A stretch of DNA of 64,000 nucleotides from the NCBI RefSeq assembly GCF_009914755.1, contig NC_060930.1; one strand, 5' to 3'. The stretch's first letter is position 1, and every line of letters starts with the position of its first letter. Shown one piece after another: positions 16,727 to 38,856 of this stretch. The stretch comes from the human T2T-CHM13v2.0 reference genome, Homo sapiens. The notes under the pieces were generated by a model, which was not told the origin of the DNA, searched no databases, and saw only the letters and a list, made by a program, of their open reading frames with translations. The translations under genes and the position numbers were made by a program.

Positions 16727-18525
16727 GTGCTGTCTCCTCCGGGGACCCAGACTGCCTTCATCTCTGATGGCAGTCTGATCACTGTGGCCACTGTGCGAGC
16801 CGTGGACCCCGGCCAGGAACCACTCCTGTTGTACAAAGCTCACACCCACCGCCCAGGTCTTAACTTTCTGGCATCCACCACTCCATGTCTCTGGATGTGT
16901 CACTTGGACCACTGTCAGTATTCCATGCCGCGTGGATGGGCCCAGTTCTGGGAGAGGACAGAAAAGGTGGTACAGGGTTGTCTGCCCCTTTAAAAGAAAC
17001 TGGACAAAGAAGGGGAAGGCTCAGGGTCTCACCTCACATTGTCCCTACAAGGACAGGCCCCAACTGATAACCGTTGCTTTTTTTTTTTTGTGAACATAGT
17101 TTGATTTGATCACAGGTCAAAAACGCCTTATATTTTCGAAAGACTCCTGGCCCCTCTTCCCTCTTCCTGGTTTCCTAGCCGTTCCCCTTCTGCCCCAGTC
17201 TGAGCCAGTGAGGGGTAGCTTTTTAAAACCATTATTCTAGATGGAGGAGGCACTGATGCTTGTAACTCTGGAAAGAGGCCTACACCCAAGGGCTAGGAAT
17301 TTTATTTTTCCTTTTCTCACCAGGTGTCTGCATGTGTGTGTGGGTGTGAATGTGTATACATGCCCATCAGCATTTAGTCACATGTCTGAATTTCTGTGTC
17401 CAGACGAGCCCCATCAAACTAGTTGGGAAGGGCCCCAGTGACCAAGTGTATAAGCATCCCTTGAAGAGGGATTGGGGCAGGGGAGGCAGAAGGGGCTCTC
17501 CAGACCCCTTTTCCATGATGACCCACTCCAAGATATTATGTGTAAATTGTGTTATTATGTATATGGGTAAAGATGTACAAATATATGTCCTCTTTGTAGC
17601 AGATATGATTTTATATTTATAATGTGCATCAACATGTGAAAGCAATCTAGGTCACTAGCACAGAGGAAGTTGCCAGGAAGGTGGCTTCAGCACCTCCAGG
17701 TTGGTTCTGGGTGTCCTGCTGTGAGGGGTAGAACGGGAGGCTGCTGAAGTGAGTAGCTGAGCAGCTGGAGCCATCCCAAGCATCAGTGTCTCAGAGTCCT
17801 CCTCGCCCCTTTCTTCACCCCGCCCCCCAACCCCCAGACTTTCCTGGAGCATCTGCCCTTTGCTCCTAGCAGCCTCCCCAGGAAGGGACTGCAGAGGCGG
17901 GCAAGCCCTCTCTATGTGTTTTTATCTCCACCTTCCCCGGAATCTGGGGAGGGCTTTTGTTTTTACGTTTTCAAGTTCAGCATTGTATTCGGACAGAAGC
18001 TGTGACTGAAGACTCAGTGCCAAGGAAAGGGGCTTCTTGTGTGTCCCTCGGGTTTGGGGCTCTTCTCAGAGAGCAGCACTCCATATCCCTTACTGTCACC
18101 TTCACTCCCCACACAGCTCATGAGATGTGTGACCCCTGTTTGAGTTTTGGTATTTGGTAGTGGAGGGTGGGGGGATGGGGGCCAGCAGCTGTCATCCTCC
18201 TGGGAAGCCGAGCAGTGTCCCTGGTGGGTAACACCCTCAAGTCTCTTTGCCAGTGAGGCCCCACCACATCGGTGTGAGTTAGGTTTCTCATCTGGAGCTG
18301 TTTCTCAGGCATTCTTCCCAACCCTCTTCCTTTTCCCCTTCGGTGTGCCTCAGTGGTCTCCTTCATAGAGTGAGAGGGCTTGAGACCCTCCCTCAACCGG
18401 ACTAATTAAAGAAAGACACTTGTGTTCCCAAGTGGTGGTTTTATTTTTTTAGTTTTTATGTTTGTATGGGAAATTGTGGATAAAGTGAAAAGAATTGTAA
18501 ATAAATGGTGTATTTCCTCCTCCAT
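16727..18525 (+). other. TBC1D22B: TBC1D22B 3' UTR (end approximate)
   Basis: Apparently repeat-free sequence from the stop codon to AATAAA at 18500, followed by U/GU-rich sequence. Confidence 0.75.
18500..18505 (+). terminator. Polyadenylation signal AATAAA of TBC1D22B
   Basis: Canonical hexamer with a U-rich/UGUA region upstream and GU/U-rich sequence downstream. Confidence 0.75.
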
Positions 18526-19457
18526 CTGCTGGTTTTTCTCCTGTATGTGTCCATGGAACCTAAAGAGTCTCCTCTTTTTGAGTTTTTCTTGCTGATACTA
18601 GTAGGTGTGTGGTCAGGCCTTCTGTGAGGTGAGCAGGGCATCAGCAGAGGATCAACCAGCAAACACTTACCCGACATCCATCTATGAAAGGTACTGTGGA
18701 AACTACAAAAATGAGTAACTTGGTAAATGAAACTACTAAAAAGAGTTAACTTGCCAACCACTTTGAGAAGCACTTTACATGGATTATTTCATTCATCTAA
18801 AAGAAGTATGTTATCTGATAGAGGGTAGAAAACAGACTAGAATTTCAGTGCTGGATGAAAACTTGGAGATATCTAGTTTAACCCCCTCATTCGCAGAGGA
18901 AAATCCAAGCCAAGGCCAAGGAAGACAGCATCAGAGTCAGAACCAGAGACCCGGTGTCCTCCTGGCTTGCCTGTTCAGTGTGTTTCCACCAGAGCAGAAA
19001 GAACTAAGATGGCCGCCATGTAGGATTGTCTTTAAGTCTTTTTTCGGTTGTCAGCTGTTGTTTTTTTTTTCTTGGTAACCTTACTGTGAAATATCTCAAG
19101 AAAGGTAGCTGATTACATTTCATCTACAAAGGACAGGTTGGAATGGTTTCTCCACCCAGAATTCCTTCCTAGGATTTATTTGAGAGTATTTCTTGGTTTC
19201 AGTCATTAGGAACCACATAAAAATTAAATTCAGCTATGTGTAATAAAAACCAAAAATAGGGCGGACGCAGTGGCTCATGCCTGTAATCCCAGAACTTTGG
19301 GAGGCCGAGGCAGGTGGATCACAAGGTCAGGAGTTTGAGACCAGCCGAGCCAACATAGTGAAACCCTGTCTCTACTAAAAATACAAAAAAAATTAGCCAG
19401 GCGTGGTGGTGGGCACCTGTAATCCCAGCTACTCACAAGGCTGAGGCAGGAGAATCA

Positions 19458-19577
<120 letters not shown>

Positions 19578-22381
19578 TTACACAGGATGAGAATTTACTT
19601 CTCCCTCACATAAATGCCCAAAAGTAGGCAACCCAGGGCTAGTAAGATGACTCTGTTTCACAAAGTGCTTAGGTACCTGGACTCCCTCCCTAGGTCTTCA
19701 TGGTCAGCATGGTAGCCAGCACTCCAGCTATTTTTACACCAACTTTCCAAGCCACAGGATGAATTAAAGAGGTGACAAAGAAGAAAAAGGAAATGTGCCA
19801 ACAGTGTTGTAAGGAAGGTTCCAGGAAGGTGCCCCATTGTACCTCCTCCTACAACTCACAGCAGAACTTAGTCCATGGTAGGTTGCACCTAGTTGCAGGA
19901 GAGGTTGGGAAGATGAGTCCATTTCAGGCAGACATATGCCTGGCTAAAAGGATTCTGGTACTATGGAGGAAGGGGAACACAGACATTAGGATTCAGGTAA
20001 CAGTCTCTACAAAAAGAACTTATAAAAATAAGTTTACAATAGAGACAGACTTTCCCATAAGCATACAGAAAGGGAATGCGTGTCCAAAATCTAAGTCACT
20101 CTTCACAATTAACTTTGTAATTTAACCTTTGTCGTAAAACACGAATACTTTCTACTTGATATTATTTGGACTGAAGCCATTAATTGTTCCTGAGACTAAA
20201 AATAACTAACATGAACTAGTCTTCATTCAAACATTCTGTTTTTCATTTATGCAGGAAGTCAAGCATTTTCTGAGACAGGTTTGTTAGATCATGACTAGAA
20301 AATTGATGAAATCTTCCGAACTAATCCTGGCATACTCTAATCTACGGTTTATCCAATATTTCTACAATTTAAATCTCTACAAGGTTCTACTTAAAATAGG
20401 CCCTGCCTCTGTTTGTATTGATCTGCAAAGGGATAGTGGCATAGATTCCTCAGTGACTTATTTGCTTCTAGAGGCAAGAGCCTCTTGTTGACAGCATTTG
20501 GCTTGCCTTGGACTGGACTTTGCATTTCAAAACAGTTATGTACAACTTTGAGGATTGGAGGCGAAAACTAAGCCCCAGTAACTGAGCCTTTCATACCTCT
20601 ACCTCTCTCAGGATGTCCAACACTAATTTCCTGGTTGGAGACAGTTTTAGAAGCTGCCATAGATGCCAAGGTGATGATTTTAGATTCATGATGAAAAAGA
20701 TGAGCTTCCCACAGTATCAGCCTAAAGTACAGTACCACAAGACCAGGGTCTTCTGAGCCTGTGCCAGCTTGCCAGGATAGGTGCCACAGGCCCACAACCA
20801 TGGCCAACCAAGGCATCTCCCAAGGAAAGGCATCCCCTTGCTTTGGCAAAGGCTGAATTAGAATTCTTGGAAGCAAGGAGAATCCCTGTTCAGTTTGGTT
20901 CTGCAGGTGGTGTGGCTTCTGCAGGGTGAGTGTGACAGTCCCTGCCTGAAGTGAGAGCCATTGTGGGGAATCTGGGAGCCAGACCCTGGGCTACTTTTGC
21001 TTGTATGGATACTAAGCTTGTCTCAATAGTGACCCCACTAAACCTGCCCCACCCAACCCAGCTATCTGAAAGGAAAGCCCAAACCTCTTCAAACCACTGG
21101 TCTCCAAACTTATTTTCCTTCCTTTACTTTTAACCTATCTATGTCTTTATGTTCAATGTGGATTTCTTATTTTATTTTTTATTTTTTTGAGATGGAGTCT
21201 TGCTTTGTCACCCAGGCTGGAGTGCAGTGGGTCAATCTCGGCTCACTGCAACTTCTGCCCCCTGGGTTCAAGCGATTCTCCTGCCTCAGCCTCCTGAGTA
21301 GCTGGGATTACAGGTGCCCGCCACCACACCGTGCTAATTTTTGTATTTTTAGTAGAGATGGGGTTTCGCCATGTTAACCAGGCTGGTCTCCAACTCCTGA
21401 CCTCAGGTGATCCACCCACTTCGGCCTCTTAAAGTGCTAGGATTACAGGTACGAGCCACGGTGCCCAGCCTCAATATGGATTTCTTAAAGACAATGTAGT
21501 TGGGTCTTGTTCTGCAATCCAACCTGACAATCTCTTGTTTTTAATTGGTACATTCAAGCCATTTGCAATTAATATTATTAATATGGTTGGATTTAGTCTA
21601 CCATTTTATCTTTTTCTTTTGTTCCCTTTTATGTTTGTTACTTCCCCCCATCCTTTCCTGTCACCTTTTGAATTATTTGAATAACATATTTATTGGCTTT
21701 TGGCTATATAAATTTTTTAAGAGATTGCTCCGAAGATTACAATATACATACCTAAAGTTGTTCACAGTCTATTTAGAGTTTATATCTTATCTCTTCAATT
21801 AAAATTCAGAAGTCTTAACAACCATTTAGGTCCTTAATCCCTCCTTCCTTTATAATCGTTACATGAATTACATCTATATCCATTGAAAACCTTACCAGAT
21901 ATTATTATCATTTTGTTCTCAACAGTCGTACATATTTGAAGGAACTGAAGAGGAGACTTTACCTGTCATGTTCTTCCTTCAGTCCTTAAATTCCAGGTTT
22001 CTTTCTGATATAGTTGTTTCCCTTCAGCCTAAACAACTTTCTTTAGCACTTAGAACAGATCTGCCAACAGTTCTCTTAGTTTTCTTTCATCTGAGAATGC
22101 CTTTATTTTGCCTTCATTCCTGAATCTATTTTCTCGTGATACAGATTTTTTTTTTTACTTTCTGACACTTTACCCATGTTGTTCCATCATCTTTTTTTCC
22201 ATGGCTTCTGATAAGAAATCCACAGTCATGCCTGTAATCGCAGCACTTTGGGAGGCCGAGGCGGGGGGATCACGAGGTCAGGAGTTCAAGACCAGCCTGG
22301 CCAATGTGGTGAAAAACCCCGTCTCTATTAAAAACACAAAAATTAGCCGGGCATGGTGGCCCATGCCTGTAGTCCCAGCTA

Positions 22382-22489
<108 letters not shown>

Positions 22490-23732
22490 TCAAAAAAAAC
22501 AAGAAATCTACAGTCATTGAATAATTTTCTGTGTTTAATTCATTATTTTTCTCAGGCTTTTTTTAAAAACAAATAACTGGTAAAATGTACATATCAGAAA
22601 ACTTGCCATCTTAATCATTTTTAAGTGTACAGTAGTGTTAGGCACATTCACATTGCGTGCGATCTCCAAAACTTTCACCCTGCAAAACTGACACTCTATA
22701 CCCTTTAAACAACAGCTCCCATTCTCTTCTGCCCCCAGGCCCTGGCAACCACCATTCTACTTTCTGTCTTTTTGAATTTGAATTTTCTAGATACCTCACA
22801 GAAGTGGAAGCATATAGTATTTGTCTTTTCGTGACCGGCTTCTTTCACTAAGCATAATGTCCTCAAGGTTCATCCACGTTTTAGCATGGATCAGAATTTC
22901 CCTCCTTTTTTAAGGTTAAATTTTGATTGTGTGTATATACCACATTTTATTTATCCATTCATCTGTTGACGGGCACTTGTGTTGCTTCCATCTTTTGACT
23001 ATTGTGAATGATACTGCTATGAACACGGGTGTGCAAACATCTCTTCGAGACCCAGCTTCCAATTATTTGAGTATATACTCAAAAGTGGAATTGCTGGTAA
23101 TTCTATGTTTTAATTTTCTCAGGAACTTCTATATTGTTTCTCAGATTGCTTTTGAGATTTTTTTTTTTTTTTAAGTTTCTGGAGTTTGATTATGTGTCTG
23201 AGTGTAAGTTGTTTGTGTTTGTTTTCTGGAGTTTGTTCATTTTTTGCATTCATCCTGTTTGGGGTTCACTAATTTTCTTGAATCTATAATTTTATATCTT
23301 TCATCAAATTAGAGCATATTTCTTCAAGTATTTCCTTTTCTGCACCAATCTGTTATTCATCCCCTGGGACTCCAGTGATATGAACATTAGACCCTGAGAC
23401 GGTTCATTATTTTTCCAATCTTTTTTTCTTTCTGTTCTTCAGAATAGATCATTTCTCTTCATCTATCTTCAAGTTCATTGACTTCCTCTTCTGTGGTCTC
23501 CATTCTGCTGTTAAGCCCATCCAGTTAATTTTTATTTCAGATACTGTGTTTTTTGGTTCTAAAATTCCCATTTGGTTCTTTTTATAGTTTCTATTTTTCT
23601 GCTGAGAACTTTTATCTTTCCCTTTATTACAAGTGTGTTTACCATTATTTCATCCAGCACACTTACAATAGATGTTTTAAGTCTTTATCTGATAATTCCA
23701 ACCTCTTGGTCATATTGGTGCTGGCATCTTTT

Positions 23733-24391
23733 TTATTTTTGCTTTTTTTTATTATTATACTTTAAGTTCTAGGGTACATGTGCACAACGTGCAGGTTTGT
23801 TACATAGGTATACATGTGCCATGTTGGTTTGCTGCACCCATTAACTCGTCATTTACATTAGGTATTTCTCCTAATGCTATCCCTCTCCCACTCCCCACCC
23901 CACAACAGGCCCCAGGGTGTGATGTTCTCCACCCTGTGTCCAGGTGTTCTCATTATTCAATTCCCACCTATGAGTGAGAACATGTGGTGTTTGGTTTTCT
24001 GTCCTTGTGATAGTTTGCTCAGAATGATGGTTTCTAGCTGCATCCATGTCCCTGCAAAGGACATGAATTCATTCTTTTTTATGGCTGCATAGTATTCCAT
24101 GGTTTATATGTGCCACATTTTCTTAATCCAGTCTATCATTGATGGACATTTGGGTTGGTTCCAAGTCTTTGCTATTGTGAATAGTGCCGCAATAAACATA
24201 CGTGTGCATGTGTTTTTATAGTAGCATGATGTATAATCCTTTGGATATATACCCAGTAATGGGATCGCTGGGTCAAATGGTATTTCAGTTCTACATCCTT
24301 GAGGAATCGCCACACTGTCTTCCACAATGGTTGAACTAGTTTACATTCCCGCCAACAGTGTAAAAGTGTTCCTATTTCTCTACATCCTCTC
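23733..24391 (-). mobile_element. L1PA 3' fragment (~660 bp) inserted in an older L1M
   Basis: L1 3' UTR and ORF2 end. 17-bp TSD tggtgctggcatctttt at 23716-23732 and 24392-24408, TTTT/GA endonuclease site. Confidence 0.94.
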
Positions 24392-24539
24392 TGGTGCTGG
24401 CATCTTTTGATCATCTTTTCCCATAAAAATTTATAACATTTTCTAGAGCTTTGTGGAGTAATTTTGGATTGCATCCTGGATATTTTGAATAGTATTAATA
24501 TGGTGTGAGACTCTGAATCTTGTTAAAATTCTTCTACAG

Positions 24540-24755
24540 CAGGAATCAGCAAACTATGACTGCAGGCCAAATCCAGCCTTCCCCCTGTTTTTATAGGTAA
24601 AGTTTTACTGGAACACAGCCTGGCTGATTCATTTACATACTGTGTTGCTTTGGCACTACAATGGCAGGGTTGAGTAGTTGTGATAGAAGACTGTATGGCA
24701 CAAAGTTTAAAATATTTATTATCTGGCCCTTTGTGGAAAAAGTTTGCTCACCCTG
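24540..24755 (+). mobile_element. MER58A-like hAT MITE
   Basis: caggaatcagcaaactatgactgcaggccaaatccagcc ... aaaagtttgctcaccctg termini. Confidence 0.8.
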
Positions 24756-24834
24756 GCTTTAGAAAGCATAGGGCCGGGCGCAGTGGCTCATGCCCGTAAT
24801 CCCAGCATTTTGGGAGGCCGAGGTGGGCATATCA

Positions 24835-25098
<264 letters not shown>

Positions 25099-25581
25099 TT
25101 AGCAGGCAATCAATCTAATGAGGTTCAAACTGCAAATTCTGTCTCTCCATCTTGGGGACAGATCTAGGAGAGAGAAAATGAAATAGTTTTAATGGGGATT
25201 TCACTCTACACTCTTTGGCTCACAGGGATCCTTTTCCTAAGTCTTCTGGTCAAAGAGATGGTGTTTCTCTCAGAGTTTCTGCTGTCTCTGCTACCATGAA
25301 GCTCCCCAACTGGACCTATTCTCAGCTCAAAGCTGTGATAGAAAAGAAGAAAAATTGGAGGAAACTCACCCCATACAGATAGTTTCTTCAAGCTTTGATT
25401 CCCTTCCATAATTTGGCTGCTTGTTTACTTTTCGGAGTCCTTAGTTACATTTTGTCCAGAATTTTTAGTTGTGATCAGTGGCAGAGACTGCAGTGCCTTA
25501 CTCCATTTTGTCTGGTACTGGAAGCCTCCCAACTTCTTTCTGACCACGGCCTATGAAAAAACACATTTTACATTGAGACTC

Positions 25582-25584
<3 letters not shown>

Positions 25585-25615
<31 letters not shown>
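25585..25615 (+). repeat. (AC)15 microsatellite
   Basis: Read directly. Confidence 0.95.
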
Positions 25616-25617
<2 letters not shown>

Positions 25618-26422
25618 ATTTCACAAACAATGCTTACCCTTACTGTGTGTGATGGCCTCTTACGCTATTGTATTCCTTTTCTGTTCTTTGTTTGTTTTTT
25701 TAATGGTGCTAAGAGACCAGTGTGATGGCTCATATGAGAGGACTGCTTGAGGCCAGGAGTTTGAGACCAGCCTGGGCAACATAGTGAGACCTCATCTATA
25801 CAAAAACCTAAATTAGCCCAGCATGGTGGCATGCATCTGTAGTCCTAGCTACTTGGGATGCTGAGGCGAGAGGATCATTGCTTGAGCCCAGAGGTTTGAG
25901 GTTACAGTGAGCTATCATCATGCCATTGCACTCCAGCTTGGGTGAGAGAGTGAGACCTTGTCAATAAATAAATAAATAGTGCTAAGACTCATTACTCAGC
26001 GTTAACCTAAGTTTGAAAAACACAGCTCTAAACACTGTCACTGAAACAGGAGAGGCAAGGCTGCTACTAGCTGAAATAAGCACATTTAAACAAGTCCTGA
26101 ATAATATACCACAACTGATGGTACAATAAACTTATGAGTCAAAAAATGTGATGAGAATTGCATTATAACCTTGAATTGTAGAACTCCAGGTTCTCCATGT
26201 GACCCGACTCTCTGCTCCCCTTCTTCAACCCTTGACAAAGGTGAACGGAGTTAGGGATCTTTGTGATCTTTTGTAGTCCAAAAATAGCCAACTCAAAGTT
26301 GACTCAACTGTAAGTCATCCAAAATCTAAATTTTATATCAGGCGCCTGATACACGTTACTTGCAAAATAAACAGGCTGAAGCCAACTCAGAGGAAAACAA
26401 GGTGGTCATTATTGATGTCTGA

Positions 26423-26757
<335 letters not shown>

Positions 26758-27029
26758 TGATCCACTCACCTCGGCCTCCCAAAGTGCTGGGATTACAGGC
26801 GTGAGCCACCAGCCCGGCTGGCAATACATATTTGATCTGGATACTGATCCTTGGCAAGTTAAAGGGTGTGGATGCTTAAACAGTCAGGGCCCCCACCAAA
26901 AAGGTGGTTACTAATTTTAAGTACCTCCAAAATATCCACCTTAATTACTGATTAAAGACACCTCCAGGCTGGGCGCGGTGGCTCACACCTGTAATCCCAG
27001 CACTTTGGGAGGCCGAGGCGGGTGGATCA

Positions 27030-27294
<265 letters not shown>

Positions 27295-28639
27295 CTATTA
27301 CAAGTACTTCTGAAATATAATAAACTTGATTGAAGGTATCAGAAATATCTTACAACTCTATACTTGAAACCCCACGTTTACATAAAATATCACTGAACAC
27401 ACAAGCTGACCAAAGCAAGTGGTTACTTTTCCCCTTCTCCTCATCTTCTGGTTTTCTAAAACATTTCCTTTTCCAAGATGAAAGACATCCCTTCCTGATT
27501 CCTTCAGCGTGGAGCTTTACATTTTGGGGATGGGTGGAGAAGAGAAGGTGGTAGAATAAAGGAGTAAGAGAAAAGGTAGGATGAATGAGAACGTGGCGCC
27601 CTAAGTCCCACCTCCCTACTTCTCCCCACCACACACTCAGGCTGCATCATCCCATCTGAGATTTCATCTCCCGCAGTCACCCTGAATTCCTCCCAGTCTA
27701 TGGTACCAATCTGAGCACTCACTGCCCACCCAGCCCCAAGATGGCTACACGCAGCAATCTGTTGAAAAGTTGGCCTGTGGTCTCAAGATAGTACTCGGAG
27801 AAACACAGGACTTTCCTTGAGATGCTACATCAAGACCCTTTTCTTCTCTGCTCAATCTTTTGAAAACATAATGAAAAAATTCCATCTCACCTTTATTGAA
27901 ACTCACACAGGGAAACCACACTTCAGTTGGCAGAGCCATGCCCCCAAAGTGGATCAACCCTTGCTTACAGAGGGAACTATTTTTTTTAGACATTTAAAAA
28001 ACCCATCTTGCTTGGACGTGGGTTATTTTTAAAAAGTATAAAATTGATTGAAGAGGTTTCTGCTTTATAATAAAAGAGGAGGAAGTTTTTATTTTTAAGT
28101 CTCTTGGATGAAAGAGTGTAGAAAAGGCATGGGGAGATAGTGTTTGTATCTGCAGAAGCCGACGCTCCCTTCTTCCACAACAGTAGCTGACCATTATTGG
28201 TACTTACTCTGTACCTTACAAGAATTGACCCATAAAACAATCCTATAAGTTAGGTGCTATACTTAGCATCACCTTCATCTTACAAATGGGGAAACTGAGG
28301 CTTGGAGTGGTCAAGAAGCTTGCCCAAGGTCTCATGTAGCAAGTAGCCGAGCTAGGATTGAACAGCAGGGCTCCAGAGTCGATGTCCCTAACTACCATGT
28401 TACAGTAGCCTCTAGTTTACCACTGAATTAAAAGCTGGTCTTACACAAAAGCCATGGAGTGAGCAAAAATTCCATCCTTTTACTTCTATTCCAGGGAGAT
28501 AAAAGCAAAGGAAATGGGAGGGATAATGTCATTATCATCATTTTAATTTGTTAACTTGAGTTCTAAAGTCTGGCAGAATTGATGCTCCTCTTCCCACAAT
28601 TTAGAATTGTTTCTAGTAAGGACTAATCAACCAGGGCCT

Positions 28640-29828
<1,189 letters not shown>

Positions 29829-30237
29829 TGAGGTGCATACTTGACTAATTTAAAACCTTTTTTTTGTAGAGATAAGATCTCCCTATGTTGCCCAGGCTGG
29901 TCTTGAACTCCTGGGCTCAAGCGATCTTCTCACCATGGCCTCCCAAATTGCTGGGATTGTAGGTGTGAGTCACCGTGCCCGGCTTTTCCATACTTTTCTT
30001 GTCCCTTTCCCTTTCTTCTTCTTGCCCTGTGCTTTCTCCCCTTATTGTCATGTTCCTTCCCCACTCCCCAAGCCTCTCCACAGTCAGCTCTAACATTCCT
30101 CAGTTCTGTTTAACTGACATTAACTGAGCATATATAATGTGACAGTTGTCAGTTTCACATAAATAACCCCCTACTTACTTTTCCACATCCTGCTGTCTTT
30201 TCCCATTTCAGTTTTCACTCTTGAGATGGGTATGAGA

Positions 30238-30444
30238 CAGGGTTTCTCAGCCTCAGCATTGTTGACATTTTGTATGGGATAGCTCTTGTTGTGGGGACGA
30301 TCTAGTGATTTGTGGGATGTTCAGTAGCATACCCAGCCTCTAGTCATTAGATGCCAGTGGCACCCCTCCCCATATCATGACAACCAAAAATGTCCCCAGA
30401 CATTGCCTGGAAAGAGCAAAATCACCCCCAGTTAAGAGCCACTG
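30238..30444 (+). mobile_element. MER20 hAT MITE
   Basis: cagggtttctcagcctcagcattgttgacatttt ... acaaccaaaaatgtccccagacattgcc ... gttaagagccactg. Confidence 0.85.
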
Positions 30445-30745
30445 TTAAAAGGGAATATATAGGGGAGGTAGAGTTGATAAAATCTCCAAATCTTAGAAGT
30501 CAGTGGTCTCAACGAGATCGGGCATGTTCAGGGTGGTATGGCCATAGACAGAAGTCAGTGGTCTTCAACCTGTTTTGGTCATGCACCCTTAGTAACAAAA
30601 CAGTGTCTGAGAATACAGCCTAATATGTGAATGTTTGTTTATTCATGTAAAGTCCATACATATCTTCTATGTTGTTCTTTTTTGTAATTATAAAATAATC
30701 ACAAAGTAGGCATTTTTAAAAGGATGAGATAAAAACCTAATTAGA

Positions 30746-32819
<2,074 letters not shown>

Positions 32820-33263
32820 AAAAACCTAATTAGATATCCTGTTATATTCTATCCACAAACAAATGAATCATTTTGTGCACTCCCTGTGGATGGCCATCTC
32901 TAGGGCTAGACCATAATGAATGCAACCTCTGGGGCTAGACAGATCTAGGCTTACAGCCCTGGCTTCAGTTTCCTGCACTGCCATTTACTAGTTGAGTTAC
33001 ATTTATTCATTCAATAAAATGTCAGGAATGCAATGGAAAACAAATATAACCTTCAAGAAACTCTTAGTTTTCTCACAGGCAAAATGATGATAACTTGCAG
33101 GATGGTAGTGAGGATTAATAAGACGATATACGATAAGCATATAATAGGCACTCAAAAGTGGTGCCTGTGAATTCATGGCAGGGCTATTTGTGACAGCAAA
33201 AGACTGGAAAGAGCCCTACTGCATATCAACAAGGGACTGGTTGAATAAACAGTGGTATATATA

Positions 33264-33842
33264 GGAAGCAGGATAGGTACTCAAGGAAGTAATCATGTCC
33301 TTAGGTTGCAACAACCATGGTGACTGTACAGTCAACACAATAAGCCCCAGCATTCACATTGTAGTCAAGCTCATTCAAGCAAAGCTGTCTCTAGTAGAGA
33401 ATTTCCCCCATAGAGAGCATGCATATTTTGATTTTACCTGTCCTCAGACTGACCCTTTGCTCATTATAAGAGTAAAAACCACACCCCTGGGTAGAGATTT
33501 AAGGTGCTAATGAGACGTGGGGAATGAATAGGCATGCACAGCTACTGCGCATGTGCACCCAGAGGACCACCCAGAGCATGCTTCCTAGTAACACCTCTTC
33601 CCACTCCTTTATGAATAATCCATGTTAAGTCTCCCGTAAAGGGAGTCTCCCTAGTGCCAGTCTTGGCTGTCCCGCCTTGAATCCTTTCTCAGGGTGGACT
33701 GTCTCTTCTGCATTTAACTTTCAAAATATTCTTTTTCCTTTGCAATAAATTGCTCTATGTTGCATCTCCTACTGTGTGTCTCTTGTTTAAATTCTTTTAA
33801 ACTAAGAAGACAAGAACTGAGGTCTCACAACAGCCATCAACA
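33264..33842 (+). mobile_element. Solo ERV1 LTR (MER4 group, MER41-like; subfamily tentative)
   Basis: ~580 bp ending in CA with internal AATAAA, tata/tcta 4-bp TSD-like flanks, and characteristic 'cagctactgcgcatgtgcaccc' and 'aaattcttttaaactaagaagacaagaac' segments. It interrupts an L1M fragment. Confidence 0.75.
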
Positions 33843-34034
33843 TCTACACAATAGAGTAATATACAGCTGTCAAGAGGAAGGAGGGACGGGCGTGGTGGTT
33901 CACACCAACACTTTGGGAGCCTGAGGGATTTTTTTATTATTATTATTAAATTTTAAAAAGAGAGGCTGGGCGTAGTGGCTCACGCTTGTAATCCTAGCAC
34001 TTTGGGAGCCCAAGGCAGGCGGATCACAAGGTCA

Positions 34035-36865
<2,831 letters not shown>

Positions 36866-37317
36866 GGTGGCTTCTAGGTGTGCTTGCTGTTCCTGGGGTA
36901 GAATGCTAAGGTGGGGTGGGGGCACCAACAGATACCTATGCACAGCTTAGGGAAGCATCTCCATGAGTGCAGCTATGACTTTCACCAAAGTTCCTGGCCC
37001 TCTGTGATGTCAGGGCCTGCATTTCTTGATCTGACTGCACAACACAGATAAAATGTTCCAGGTTGGGATTGCACCCATGGTTAGGAAACTAGGCTTTTGA
37101 AACAGACTTGAATTGACATCCTACTCTGCCATTTCATTTGTTACTTTGGGAAGATTACCAAAACCTCTCTGTGCCTCTTTTCTCATCATCTCTAACATAG
37201 GGATTATAATTGTAACCACTAATAACTGGCTAATTTTTCTTTTTTCTTTCTGTTTGCAAAGGACAAATAAAGTATGTAGGGTGCTTCGCCTAGTACCTGG
37301 CACTTAGCACTCAGTAA

Positions 37318-37841
<524 letters not shown>

Positions 37842-38077
37842 TGAGTGGCTGGGATTACAGGCACACGCCACCACGCTGGGCTAACTTTGTATTTTTAGTA
37901 GAGACGGTGTTTCTCCATGTTGGTCAGGCTGGTCTTGAACTCCCAACCTTAGGTGATCCGCCTGCCTCGGCCTCTCAAAAGTGCTGAGATTACAGGCATG
38001 AGCCACCATGCCCAGCCCGGCTGGTTTTTTGACAGAATTTTATTTAGGAAAATTGTTTTCCTTCTTTCCCCTTGTGC

Positions 38078-38213
38078 AAAAAAAAAAAAAAAGAGAGGAA
38101 GAAGGGAGGAAGGAAGGAAGGAAGAGAAAGAAAGAGAGAGAAAGAAGAAAAGAGAAAGAAAAAAGAAAAGAAAGAAAGAGAAGGAAGGAAGGAAGGAAAG
38201 AAAGAAGAAAGAA
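38078..38213 (+). repeat. GA-rich polypurine low-complexity tract
   Basis: ~135 nt of uninterrupted A/G. Confidence 0.9.
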
Positions 38214-38220
38214 ATTGTTA

Positions 38221-38856
<636 letters not shown>

